In this document: positions 26,425 to 39,900 of the stretch, piece by piece
How the letters are laid out: each line of letters begins with the position of its first letter
How positions within the stretch are numbered: position 1 is the stretch's first letter
Origin: Azolla caroliniana
Taxonomy: Eukaryota > Plantae > Polypodiophyta
DNA length: 64,000 nt
Direction of reading: 5' to 3'
NCBI GenBank assembly: GCA_043228905.1
Contig: JBHGNT010000015.1
Span: 6,510,001 to 6,574,000, forward strand
Position numbers and translations under genes: made by a program
The notes under the pieces: model-generated
Told to the model about the DNA's origin: nothing
The model's database searches: none
Seen by the model: only the letters and a program-made list of their open reading frames with translations

Positions 26425-29400
26425 TAGTTGTCAAATTTGGGTGCGCAATGTTGGTGATTATGTTGGAACTTATAGTGTAATGTCAAATTGTATGCATTAT
26501 ATGGAAAGCATTCTTACATGCAATCAATATATTAATGATAGGCTTTCCAATGCTTCATAACATCAATGCAATTCATATATATAAGATCTCTGTGTCTATT
26601 TGGCAATGAAGAGTATTCTTATGCATAATCAAGATATTGATGATAGGCTTTCCAACATCTCGATATTATCAATGCAACTCATATATATATATATATATAA
26701 GTTTTTTTTTCCTTTTTTCCCCTGAAAATATCCTTTTATTAGTTATAAACAATTGTTACAAGAATGTTGATCTACCGTCAAGCTTCCCTTGATATGTTGC
26801 ACTCTTCCATGGGTCCCCATCCCTAAAGGATAGATAGTATCAACACTCCACCACTCAATAACCTAGTTATTAATTGGTGGTGGGAACAACCATACTAGTG
26901 GTGCTAAGCACCACATGGGTGTTGCATTTTGTAGTGTGAGAAAAGGGCCTTTCTGCCAATGGGCGATAAATTTGAGGCGTTGCAACACTACAACATCTGT
27001 CTCACCTTTAATTTCATCATACTGCCCTTTCAAGGTACCATATGTATCTCGATGTTCCGTACACTTTCCACGAGATGAACAGTAGTATTATCAAACACCT
27101 TAGAACATCGGGCAATCCAAATAAACCACATTGTGGTGGTGCATAACATCTCCCATACCTCTTGCATTGCCTTTAACATATAAGGAATTTCCATATGACT
27201 TTGTTACACCACCATTATCCTTTCTCTTTGATTTCTATAATCATATCATTTGAACATGCCTCATATGGGCACATCATTTGTGCTATTGTAGCCTATACTA
27301 CCATATCCCACGAAACTTCATGCATATGTCTCTCCTGGTTGAGAACCTAGTGATTCTCCCTGTGCCCACACATCCCCACACAAATCGTGTTGTAGCGGTT
27401 TGCTATTTTTATAAATGTAATGCTAATAAAATATGCTGCAAATTTGAATTTGTTTCTACTCAAGACTGTGTGGTTTTATTGTTCATGAACCTGTTTGGCT
27501 AGATTTAAGGAAAATGAACACCCTTTCCTATTTAATAGATAGTTATGAAGTGGTTGCATTTGCTGCTACTAAAATGGTTCTCATCAAAACTATTTTGTGG
27601 ACTACAAACATTTGGGAGTTATACTAGATTTTTTGTTAGTTAGATAGAGATCATAAATACCAATTTAACAGCTTTGTTGTTGCAGTGGAACAACAAAACC
27701 ATTTCAACAGTTTCAGGATATCTTTCAAGGTGATCCTGATAATGAAGTGAAAGAGTTGCCAAAGCTTATAGATAAAAAGGTTGGTCTTCCTTTGAATGAT
27801 GTAAATTTCTCGTTTCTGGAATTGCAACAATTATTGAACTAAACCGTTCATGATGGTATTCACGTTCAATGCCATTATTAAGGTCAAGATAGAGTCTTTT
27901 ATTCATTTATAGGAACCGTCGATTGTTTTAGGATAATATCTTCATTATTTCTAACCAAAGTCGAAGTATTCGATGTTGCAATTGGACTTAAGGTATGTCA
28001 ATATTTTCATTGAAATTGTTTCAATTGGACTTAAGTGTAGTTTTCCTCATGCAGATCATTATTATGAAATATAAAGATGAATTGTGTATGAAGACCTTTC
28101 TGTTTTCTAGGTGGAGGTAGTTGCGCAATTTGGTGTGGTTTTTTTTTGTTTTTGCATTGGGTCTAGAGTTGTCAACAAGCAAGGTCTTTGTCTCTCGCAC
28201 TATTATTAGATACATCAGTAGTATTTTTTCCCCCCCATTGACATCATTTTGTGTTTTTGTCTCTAATGGAATGTATCCATGAAATGTTTACCTCAAATTT
28301 CATTGTACTATTTTTTCTGATCTTGTTTAGTTCATGCTCATTTGTCAAGTCTACATATTGGAATGTTTCTTTTGGAAACCACACACACACATATATATAG
28401 TGTACTATAATCATGAATGTGACATGTCTGTATGAAAAAGAAAAAGATGCATTTGTAGAGTATAACATTGCAGAGAAGTATGGGGGAGTATTTAGGAGGA
28501 TAATTAGGACTCTCTTTTGCATATTGCCTTACAATTAAGAGTTGTGCGGGTTGTGGCAATCTTTGGGGGCCTTCTGCAAATTATTCTCTTCATGTGCCTA
28601 TGTGGTATAACAACATTGGTAGCGGTAGTATCTAATGTTCAACATTTTGTGGGGATTAGATATAAATTTTTGTGCTATGTAGCTATATGGAGGGAAAACA
28701 ACAAAGGGAATCTTTGTATGGACTTTCTTGTCAATCTCTTCTTACAGGAGTTGAGCATTTTCCATGGATTTCCTCATTTTTAACAATGGTCGCAAGCTCG
28801 ATTATTATATTGGACATCCCTCACCCAATGTATGTGCTAGGCATGCCTATATGTAATATGATATGCATCTGGCCCTCTAGGATATTGGTTGTGAAGAGAG
28901 TTTTCTCTAATGTTTCCCTCACTAATCATAATTAAATTTATTTTTGTTGCTTTTTGCAATCATAATTATGTGCTAATATCAGAGGTGGTGTCTCCTTCAT
29001 ATCAATAAATTTTGAGCCCTTGTGAATGATTATTCTATCACCAGGTAAAATGCTTGAAACCATGAATCCTGGAGAGAAGCATCCTTCACGCGTTATTGGG
29101 ATTCCAATTGTTGAATTTAAGCCAAAAGTTCCTGAAGCTAGGTGGTAGTATTCCATGGTATAAAGTCAAAAAACCAAGAAAATGCCCAAATTATGAAAGC
29201 TAACTTTACATGGAACATGAGTGAGTTGCATACTATTGTGAATAGAGTGAATGAGTGAGTTTGAAAATGTGAATGTGTCATTTCTTCTTGTGTTGGCTCA
29301 TGATCCATAGGTAGAGTATTCCATGGTATAAAGTCAAATAATAAAGAAAAAACCCAAATTATGATAGTTAAGTTTACTTGGAACATGAGTGAGTTGCATA

Positions 29401-30379
29401 TTAAAGTGGCAATCAAACATAGCCCAAATGGTAAGAGCTAACTTTACTTGAACAAAAGTGTTAATTCTTTGGCTAATGGAACATGTCATGAGGAGACCAT
29501 TCTTTGACTTGTATTTCCAAAAATCAGTTAGTATTTGCTTCCAATATTGTTTGAGCTACAAAATCACTTTCCAAGCAAAGTCATGGATATGTGTGTTCAA
29601 GCTATTTTGAAGCAGGCAAGCATTAAATAAATAACTCTTTTGACTTTCTATAAAGACCTATTTGGTTGTATCATGTTGCCAAAATAATTCAAGGGCATTC
29701 CACCTAAAATTCTTGCATGCATTCTTTGTTAAGAAATCAATGATAGAAAATTTGATTGCAATATCGTAGCAATCCATGCATAGACCACTTTACAAATCTC
29801 CAATACATCAACTTTTCAAGTTGTCAACTTGCTTGATCTTTGGCAAGAATATTGCACATTAGAGGCTGTCTAAGATGGAGAACAATCTTATTTGGAATGT
29901 CATCGGTGATTTATGAAAAGAAGCATCTTAAGAGTTATAGAAAAACAAACGTTCAATCCGGCAACTAAAGCTTAAGTCCACTTGCATCAATCAAAGTTTG
30001 CAAATGTTTAGTTATAAACTTATATACTAGGGCACAAAGGTACGGTCAACAACATATGGTTAAGTGTTTGATGACGTCAATTTTACACCTTTTAGACTAT
30101 TACGGCACCATGAACATGAACACATTTAATAATTAAGGTGTTGAACTCAATACCACTATTACGACCCCTTAGATGTAAATGAAGTGTAAAGTGACTACAT
30201 ACCCTAAGAAAGAAATCGAAGAAGAAGAAAACCAAAAAGAAAGAATTCAAAGAAGAAAAGGACTTGAACCATAGACCTAACATGTCTTAAACATAACTCT
30301 AACCATTACCCTATTCACTTTTGTTTAATTCTTTGTTTGTTTCATTCTTTTTTAGAGTTGGGCTCTTGCCCAAAGTTGG

Positions 30380-30680
30380 TCGAGCTAGTGATAGAGGCTA
30401 TCAGACAACGAGGCTCCCTTGTGATAGAGTTGGGCTCCTAGTGATAGAGGTTGTCAGACAGTGGGGCTCCTTGTGATAGAGTCGGGCTCCTAGTGGCAGA
30501 GGCTGTCAGACAGTAGGGCTCCTTGTGACAGAGTCGGGCTCCTGGTGACAGAGGCTCCTTTTGACAATGGGGGCTCTTTTTGTTAGACTTTTGACAAAGT
30601 CGGGCTCCTAGTGGCAGAGATTGTCAGACAACGAGGCTCCTTGTGACAGAGTCGGGCTCCTGGTGACAGTTGTTGTCAGC
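30380..30680. repeat. Tandem array of GGGCTCCT(A/T)GTGA(C/T)AGAG units, possibly subterminal repeats of a DNA transposon
   Basis: About ten degenerate copies, followed by the short hairpin ACGGTGC-N5-GCACCGT (~30722-30740). Confidence 0.75.
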
Positions 30681-31130
30681 TTTTTATCCACATTGGATGG
30701 TGGAGATCGCACACGCCATCAACGGTGCGACCTGCACCGTCCGCGCCCGCAATTCCCTCTCTTGCCCTCTTTAATTTTTGGTAGTAGTTAGTCACGAGCA
30801 GAGCATACAGTATACATATGTATGTATGTATGTATGTTTATATGTTTGTGTATATACACATTTCCCTGTTTTTATGTATTACTCATTATTACTCTGTTTC
30901 TCATACCTCTGTTTCTGCACATATACTACTCATTATTACTCTGTTTCTCATACCTATGTTTCTGCACATATACTACTCATTATTACTCTGTTTCTCATAC
31001 CTTTGCATGTGATCTCATCAATGGCTTTTCACGAGCTTCCCAACATCATCATGAACCGCTCCTCTTCATACCTTCTTCATCCTCTTCTTCTTCTTCTTCA
31101 AGAAAACACACTCATTTTTTCTTCATCACC

Positions 31131-31929
31131 ATGTCTGCTATACCTCCTCCTCTTCCATCCTTTGACAACTACATCACCAGGGCTCCCAGTCCACATTATG
31201 AATCTTCCTTTCCTACTAATCACTATCATCATCATCATGATGACCTTGTGGATGATTATAGTTCCATTAATGCAGAGCTGATGACTGTGCCATTGTACCG
31301 GGGTCCATATAATACTCATGGTGTCTCTGATCAACCATGTATTGGTAACCTCAGTCCCCTCAGCCAAACCTTATGGAAGAACTTGAAAAAGCAGAGGCTA
31401 CATGAGGTGGAGCTCACATCTCATCATTCTCACGTCATCAGTAATTATGGTAATTCTGCAGAAGCATGGTTGACTTGGAAAGACCTCACTGTCACAGTTA
31501 CTTCCATGGCTAGCTCAGATGTTGATCATTCCCGTCCTCATCATCGTGCTCTTCTTCAGCATGTCAATGGCTTTGCTGAACCAGGATGCATGTTGGCCAT
31601 CATGGGTCCTTCTGGCTCTGGCAAATCCACTCTCTTAGATGCCCTTTCAGGTATGACGTTATATGTACATATATCTGACTATGTGTATGTAAATGTGTAC
31701 ATAATCTAACTATGTCTATGTCTATGTCTATATGTGTATGTATATGTGTATGTGTATGTGTGTGTGTGTGTGTGTGTATGCTTCATTATGCTTAACCCAT
31801 GGTTATTTCTCACTGTGTAGATGTGGTCTCACTGTGTAGATGTGTGTGTGTGTGTGTGTGTGTGTGTATGCTTCATTATGCTTAACCCATGGTTATTTCT
31901 CACTGTGTAGATGTGGTCTCACTGTGTAG

Positions 31930-31964
<35 letters not shown>

Positions 31965-32023
31965 CTTCATCATGCTTAACCCATGGTTATTTCTCACTGT
32001 GTAGATGTGGTCTCACTGTGTAG

Positions 32024-32058
<35 letters not shown>

Positions 32059-32296
32059 CTTCATCATGCTTAACCCATGGTTATTTCTCACTGTGTAGAT
32101 GTGGTCTCGTTTAACTTAATACTCCCTCAGTACCGTTTCATTTTCATTAAAAAAGGCAGCAAACCATTTCCACATGTGGATAAATGTATGGACATGGTCT
32201 TCTAAATGTTGCCTCTTTTAACTTACTTTGTACAGTATATGTCTATATTCAGAAAATGCTATAAATTATTTATGCCATCTATATTCATTGATGAGA

Positions 32297-32356
<60 letters not shown>

Positions 32357-35300
32357 GGACATGGCTGCTTCTTGACGTATTGCATCACATTGAGGATTGA
32401 AATTTGAGAATTGAGAACTGAGAGGGTATTGTGATGTGGTTATCGCTGCTTTACATACGCATCATATCTGATGTTAAAACTATGCTTTAACAATATCAAC
32501 AGGGCGGCTCGCCAAGAGTGCCATTGCAACGGGTGATGTTCTTCTCAATGGACAGCGAAAAAGGCTCACATATGGTTCTGTGGTAATTAATGAGATGCTG
32601 CTAACATCATGATGAAATTTATAGTCACTAGAAGCAATAAAGACATTTTTCTCATTATGATTATTCTGCAATATATCCGGACCCCAACATTCTATATAAG
32701 CTTCTACAGGACAATAGGGGCATGCACATAATGTTTATATCATTGTAAACAAGAAACATGAAGGAAAAGGGGGTTCTTTCCATATTAATTCCCACATGGC
32801 AAAAATGTCTGAAGACTTCTCAAAACTGGAACTATCATGATGAATGAAAACTTTAGCTAAGGAATACTATCAATCAATTAATTCAATTCTCTATATGATA
32901 TAGGCTTATGTGACACAAGAGGATACTCTTCTAGGAACTCTGACGGTGAGAGAAACCATTCACTACTCAGCTCATTTGAGACTGCCAGATGAAATGCCCA
33001 GCCATGAAAAAGAAAGCATTGTTCAGAGCACTATCTTAGAGATGGGTCTTCAAGACTGTGCCAATACCCCAGTGGGAAATTGGCATTTACGGGGTCTCAG
33101 TGGCGGTGAGAAGCGGAGAGTGAGCATCGCATTGGAGATTTTAATGAGACCAAGGCTTCTCTTTCTTGATGAACCAACTAGTGGATTAGATAGGTAAGTG
33201 TGTGTGTGTAATTTCAAACCCTACTGACAAAATCATTCATTGGTATGAGAAGGGTGTGGAATAATGTTTTTGTTATCGTTGTTGTAGTGCTGCGGCATTT
33301 TTTGTGATTCAGACATTAAGGAGTTTGTCGAGGGATGGGCGAACTGTGCTTTTCTCAATTCATCAACCTAGTAGTGAAGTGTTTGCTCTCTTTGATAACC
33401 TATTCATCCTGTCAGGGGGCAGGACAATTTACTTTGGACCAGCCGCACGTGCTCATGAGGTGAGAAGATGTGTGTGTGTAAACCCTCTACATTATGTGCA
33501 CTCTTGGCCTATAAATGCAAACTTTTCCTTATTCAATCAGGCTAAAGCACTCTAAACACAGTATACTTATGTCTGTATGGCTTTTAAGCATGCCTCATGT
33601 AGAACTCATGAGGCTATTCTGTTAAGCATATATTATGATGTCTTCTTCCCTTTTTCAAGTAACTTATTTGTATCTTTATGTAATCCTTTTTTATTGCAAC
33701 TGATCCATATGATTATTCCATTTTGCACCAGTTTTTCGCTCAATCTGGATTCCCTTGCCCTCCGAGGAGGAACCCATCAGATCATTTTCTTCGGTGTGTA
33801 AACTCAGATTTTGACCGTGTGAAAAAATCACTCAAAGGTTCATTCCTACGCACGGTAAAAAATACATTAAAAAACCCGTCATTTTCTTTTCTCCTTTTAA
33901 ATCTGCCATTTATATGTTCTCCTCACTCTTGACAAGAATTCATTTGTGACAATTCTTTGCTATAAAAGGTGAGCTTCATTTTGTGACCTTGCTTTTGCTA
34001 TTCAGTAATAGCATTCTTAACATGCGCATATAGATATTTTTATTGTCAAATATTGTCTTTTCCCTTCCCTCATGTAGATGTGCCCTTAATTCTTTACTTC
34101 AACTGATTTAATCTGCATTTTGTTGTCTTCCAAAGATAAATACTGTTGAAGATCCACTGGATAAGTATTCCACATCTGAAGTTATTGAGATGTTGAGCAA
34201 TGCATATGATACTTCCGAACATTCTATGGTAACAGCTGCTCGGATCTATGAGATGGCACAAGTTGTAAGTAATTTACTCCCTTTCTTCCTATCTTGAGTT
34301 TTTTAATATAATCATTCTTTTTAAGTTTCTTGTGCTTGGAAGAAAAGGTGTAGATGTGTTGTTTACATCTTATGACTCGACAAATAAGTAAATGTTTCCT
34401 ATTCCAGAAAGGCACCATTTTGGATCCTAGTGGTAGCCAAGCAAGCTTTTGGATGCAATGCAATACATTGACAAGGAGATCTTTTGTGAACATGTCAAGA
34501 GATTTGGGCTATTATTGGCTTCGCCTCGTCATATACATCATTGTGGCAATAAGTGTTGGAAGCCTTTATTTGAATGTTGGAACTGGCTATAATGCCATTC
34601 TGGTGAGGACAATACGTTTAATTCATCATATCTTAACCATGAAAAAAGTTATTTGAGCTTTCCTAACCTAGCAAATATTTTATTTAATACCCTAGGCACG
34701 CGGTGCTTGCACCTCATATGTGTCAGGATTTGTCACTTTCATGTCAATTGGAGGCTTTCCATCTTTTATAGAGGATTTGAAGGTTAGGTTTGAACCAATT
34801 GGATACCTAATCTACGCTATAACTACTCCACTTCACAAAGATGTTGTGAATATATATATGTATATATATGAAGTTATTGTTTGGATTTTTTTCCCTAGGT
34901 CTTCCAAAGAGAGAGATTAAATGGACACTATGGTGTATTACCCTTTGTGGTTGCAAATACATTATCATCACTCCCTTATTTGCTTGCAATCGCATTCGTT
35001 GCGGGTACCATTGTTTACTTCATGGCAGGTTTACACCCTGGCTTCACACATTACCTTTATTTTGTGATCGGCCTTTTCGCATGTATTGGAGTGGTGGAAA
35101 GCTTGATGATGGCAGTTGCCAGTGTTGTGCCTAACTTCCTCATGGGGATCATAACTGGGGCTGGTATTTTGGTAAGTGTGAAATTCTCGCTCTTGCATGT
35201 TAAAAAAGATTGACAAAGTATTTTTGTTATGAAATCCTTACAGATGTGTTTTAGATGAACTTAAGTACACATTCCACATAATAAACATGATTAAACTGAC

Positions 35301-36074
35301 CGAATATGTAGAATATAGGTACTAAAGAATGAATAAAGAGAAGAAAAAACTATAAAAAGGTGGCAAAAACTTTATATACCAATAGCCTTAGGCATTTGTC
35401 CTCACCATAATTGTGGAGTTTTATGGCCCGATCAAAGGCCATCCAATAATTGATGAGACTACTCTAGCCGTAATTAACGTCTAATAATGTATTTATTGGT
35501 AATGATCATAGGCTCATAGCATATACAATATCTCTCTCTTTTGTAGGGTGTTTTTATGTTGGTTGCTGGATTTTTCCGGCTTCCTAATGACTTACCGAAG
35601 ATTATATGGAGATATCCTATGTCTTACATGAGCTTCGACTATTGGGCATTGCAAGTATGTCTTCGTACTCTTAGGAGTTTTTATTGATAGATTAACTTTA
35701 TCAAATTTTCATATTTGGTCCAACTTCTCTGATGAAAATTCATGGACCTTCATTTGTGTGTATAGGGGCAATATAAAAATGACCTCTTGGGTCTTGAGTT
35801 TGAGAACATTAGCCCTCTGCTGCCACGTATCAAGGGAGAACAAATCCTAAGGGACTTCTTTCAAATAGACCTTACTTGGAACAAGTGGTGGGATATTGCT
35901 ATGGTTTTTGCAAATATATTTGCCTTCCGTCTTATCTTCTTCATTAACATCAAGTTAAACGAGAAAGTGACACCATATGTCCGTGCCTCCTACACCAAGC
36001 ATATTGCTTGGTTGAAAAGCAAGAGACATCGCTCGAAGATTGTTACAACCAATGAGGTCATAAGCATAGGATGA
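31131..36074 (+). CDS. ABCG11: ABC transporter G family half-transporter (ABCG11/WBC11-like), 11 exons
   Basis: Walker [10 protein letters not shown], signature [10 protein letters not shown], Walker [25 protein letters not shown], then the TMD. GT-AG exons that join in frame: 31131-31650, 32503-32582, 32904-33193, 33288-33459, 33732-33854, 34136-34264, 34408-34602, 34696-34782, 34899-35171, 35547-35654, 35766-36074. The start ATG and exact orthology are inferred. Confidence 0.93.
31745..32108. repeat. Intron 1 minisatellite: four ~85-95 bp units, each containing a (TG)n tract
   Basis: Repeated (TG)n-ATGCTTCAT(T/C)ATGCTTAACCCATGGTTATTTCTCACTGTGTAGATGTGGTCTC. Confidence 0.9.
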
Positions 36075-36960
36075 AAAACATCTTATAATACCTAAATTTG
36101 CACATTTCATACTTTTATGGCCACCACATAAAATCTTAATTTTTATAAAGTTGGTTTAACTATCAACCCAATTAACACATTGCATTATCTCTATCTGTTG
36201 TATAAATAATTGTGGCTAGATTGCCATCACAGAAACTAGCGGCTATTTTTATGACAGCTTTTTGAAATGATTTGGCCAATCTTATAACAAATTAAGGAAA
36301 TACAATTGATATACCCAAAAAACCAGCTAAATATTGTGAAATTTTGAAATATTAATCCTATTTTTGCACTTTGAAGGTTCCATAACCTATCAATTTGTCC
36401 ACACATTTATATTTCTTTGAGTTTAAGAGGTTCCTTATTCCTTACATAAACCCTACCATGCATTCTGAAGATTTCCCAACGTATCAATTTGCCAACCATT
36501 TACATTTTGCGAAGTCTAAGAGGTTCCTTATTCTTTGCATTGAAATTAAGCATGCTTTGATGTACAAAAAGCATCCACCAAGATAGTCATGAGTTGCTTC
36601 TCTTCAAACTATATACTAAATTTTCACATGCTATGTATAGTAATTGAGGAGTCAAGAACAACACGAGTTACACCATCTCATAAAGTAGCAACACAAACTC
36701 AAACAAAATAAGGGGGCTCAACTTCACGTTGCATGTGAGAAAATGCCAATTTAAATATATGTATGTATGTCAATGCCAATTTAAATAAAACATCCAAATG
36801 TTTTGTAGTTGCAAATATTTAGTCATTGCGACCATGAATTGATATTGAAGTAGAACCAATGTTCAAAATCCAACTTATCATAGGACCTAGAGATAATACA
36901 ATATTAGATGGGATGAAAGGGATGTTGATATCATAAAGATATATATATATATATATATAT

Positions 36961-39900
36961 TGTAAAAAGAATAGCATGCGGAAGCAATAGAAAACCGAAC
37001 ACAGAAACGCAGTTATAATGGAGAGCTTGAATATACACAGTACTCGAGAGAGACAAAGAGAGAGAGTCAATACACACAACTCAATTAAAAAATAATACTC
37101 AATCTGTACATAGGATGTGCTCAGTGAGCACTTTTATACAAGTCCATACGGACTGATAGAAGTACTGACACGTACTTCAATGCTCATAAGTGAGCTCTAC
37201 ACTAACTCCCAAAATATATTCCTACGCAGAATATCTTTCCAACGGCCTCGCAGTTTACGCACCGCTACAGCTTCTTGTTGCGCATCGGTTTACGCACTGG
37301 TCTGGCCTAACCGATCAATCCCAACCGATCCGGTTCTCGGCTTGAACAGCCAATCCGACCAATGTTGAGCTTGTATCTCAACACTCCCCCTCAAGCTCAA
37401 CTTGAGGTTCCATCCGCTCTTCCAGATCTACGCTCCGGTTCCTTCTGGCTTCACACCTTGCTCGCATTCCTCGACCTGTTCGATTCCGCACGCCTCGACC
37501 CTTCCGGTCGGCTTGCATGCCCGTGTGGACCTTCTGAGCTCCATTGCTGTCGCGGTGTTGGCGCTTCTTCTGTTGCCTTCTCTTCCGCTCGGTCCTCAGT
37601 TGATTCAGCGTATCTGAATCAAACATCCGAACCAACTCGGCTTCCTCCGATTGGTTTTTGTTTTCGTTCAAGTTTGCTGTCTCCAACTCGTCTTCAGTCT
37701 TCTCACCCTTGATGGCTTCGTCTCCCCCACGCTTGGTTGGCTTTGGCTCTTTCTTTCGACTACTCCCCTTATGTCCGCTTTTGGAATCTTCCGCAGATCC
37801 GCCCTCGGCTTCTTTAGCCGATCCGAAATCGAATTCGTCATCTGACTCGGCGTCGCGGTCTTCCAGAACTTCTCTCCCCCTTCCGTGGTCATTCGGGACG
37901 TCTCTCCCCCTCAAGTTCGGCACGTCGAGGTGACACAACCCAAGCGCACCCGAGAATTTCCGCAACTTGTCCAGACCAAGAGGCTTGGTGAAGATGTCGA
38001 CGATCTGCCGATCCATCGAAACGTACTGGAGTCCGACTTCACCGGAGAGGACGCGCTCACGGACGAAATGGTAGTGCACCTCAATGTGCTTAGTCTGAGC
38101 ACGGAAGACGGGGTTCTTTGCTAGCTGGATCCTACTGAGGTTGTCGCAGTAGATTGTCGTTGGGTCGGATACCTCCACCTTCAAATCCTTAAGTAGCCGC
38201 TTCAACCATATGGCTTCGCATGTCGCGACAGCCGCTCCTCTATACGCGGCTTCGGTGCTCGACAACGCACCTGTCTGCTGCTTCTTGCTACTCCACGCGA
38301 TTGCGGCACTCCCAAGAGAGAACGCGAAATCGGACGTGGATCGGCGATCGGCGATGTTGCCGGCCCAGTCGACATCGGTGTAGCCGACCAACTGCAAGGC
38401 TGTACCGGTCCGATATAGTAACCCCCGGTCCTTAGTGCCGCTTATGTACCGCAGTACGTGTTGCGCACACTAAAGGTGCTCCTCGGTAGGTCGTGACATG
38501 AACTGACCAATCACCTCGACCGAGTAGCTGAGATTTGGTCTGGTGATGGTCAAGTATATAAGGCATTCGACTATCTGTCGGAACCTCGTCGGGTTGCATA
38601 CCTTTTCGGAATTGGGGCGAAGCTTGACGGTTCTATCCAGAGGAGTTGAGACGGACTTACAGTCGGCCATCCCGAATTTGAAGAGCATACTCAGCACGTA
38701 ATGCCGTTGGCTGATCAGTATGCCTTCGGGGGTGCGGATCATTTCGATCCCGAGGAAGTAATGAAGGTCCCCCAGATCCTTCATGTAGAATGATGCCGCA
38801 AGCTGGAGTTTCACGCGGTCAATCTCACTTAGGTCGGCGCCGATGAGGACCAAGTCATCAACATAAAGTAAAATGCTAACCGGCCTGAGTCGACCTTTCC
38901 AGATGAATAGTGAGGAGTCTGATTTTGATGTCGCAAAGCCCATCTGACGCAATCGTTGTGTGATCTTTGCATTCCAGGCACGCGGGGCTTGCTTTAATCC
39001 ATAAAGGGACTTCTTCAACCGACATACCGCCGAGGTGTTCGTTCCGGAGTGAAATCCGGGGGGGTTGTACCATGTATACCTATTCCTCAAGCTCACCTTG
39101 CAAGAACGCATTCTTTACATCCATCTGATGTAAGTGCCACCCCTTCTCCGCAGCTACTGCGAGCAAAACAGGGACGATCGTCATCTTCGCGACCGGTGCA
39201 AACGTCTCATTGTAGTCGATGCCGTGTTGTTGCGCGTAGCCTTTCACTACTAACCGGGCCTTGTATCGGTTGATCGAGCCGTTAGTGTTGTACTTGACCT
39301 TGTACACCCACCTACACCCGATCGGCTTCACACCTTTCGGTGCGTCAACTAGGTCCTAGGTTTCATTCTCCGCCAATGCGCGCATCTCTTCCTCCATAGC
39401 GGCACGCCAATTCACGTCCTTCGCCACTTCTGCGTAGCTCTCCGGCTCACGCACTTCCACTACACGGGTCATGTACGCATATTGATGCGCCATGTACTCG
39501 TTGTATCCGAACTGCACAACAGGGTTCTTCTGGCGGGTAGATCAGCGTAATTGCCCATTAGCCGATGCTGAGGTGTTTTTAGCCGACGCGGACTTTGCTC
39601 TCGAAGACCCGCCATCACTTCCCTCAGAGTCGGACTCGCGTCTATCCGGCTTGTTCCTATCCATGTCGTAATCCGATGCCTTCTTCTTCCCTTTTTCCTT
39701 GCACGTAAGCCGTCTCCTCGGTTTCCTGCGCGGGGAATGCACGGCCGAGTCTCCACTACTCGTCGGCTCTTCTTCGGACTGGTCAAACCGACCCAGTCGC
39801 TCGTACGGTCCACTTAGCCGAAATAAAATCGGACTCTCATCGAGGGTCTTGATTTCGCGGTCATCCGGAGGCATTTCAGCCTCGCCGACCTCATCGTCAG

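Noticed and set aside
30380-30680. Repeat-spacer array resembling CRISPR
   Set aside because: The intervening sequences are themselves repeated and degenerate; it is a tandem array.
30822-31130. 5' part of the 295-aa ORF as coding sequence
   Set aside because: It is made of TATG microsatellite and tandem repeats; the ATG at 31131 is the more plausible start.
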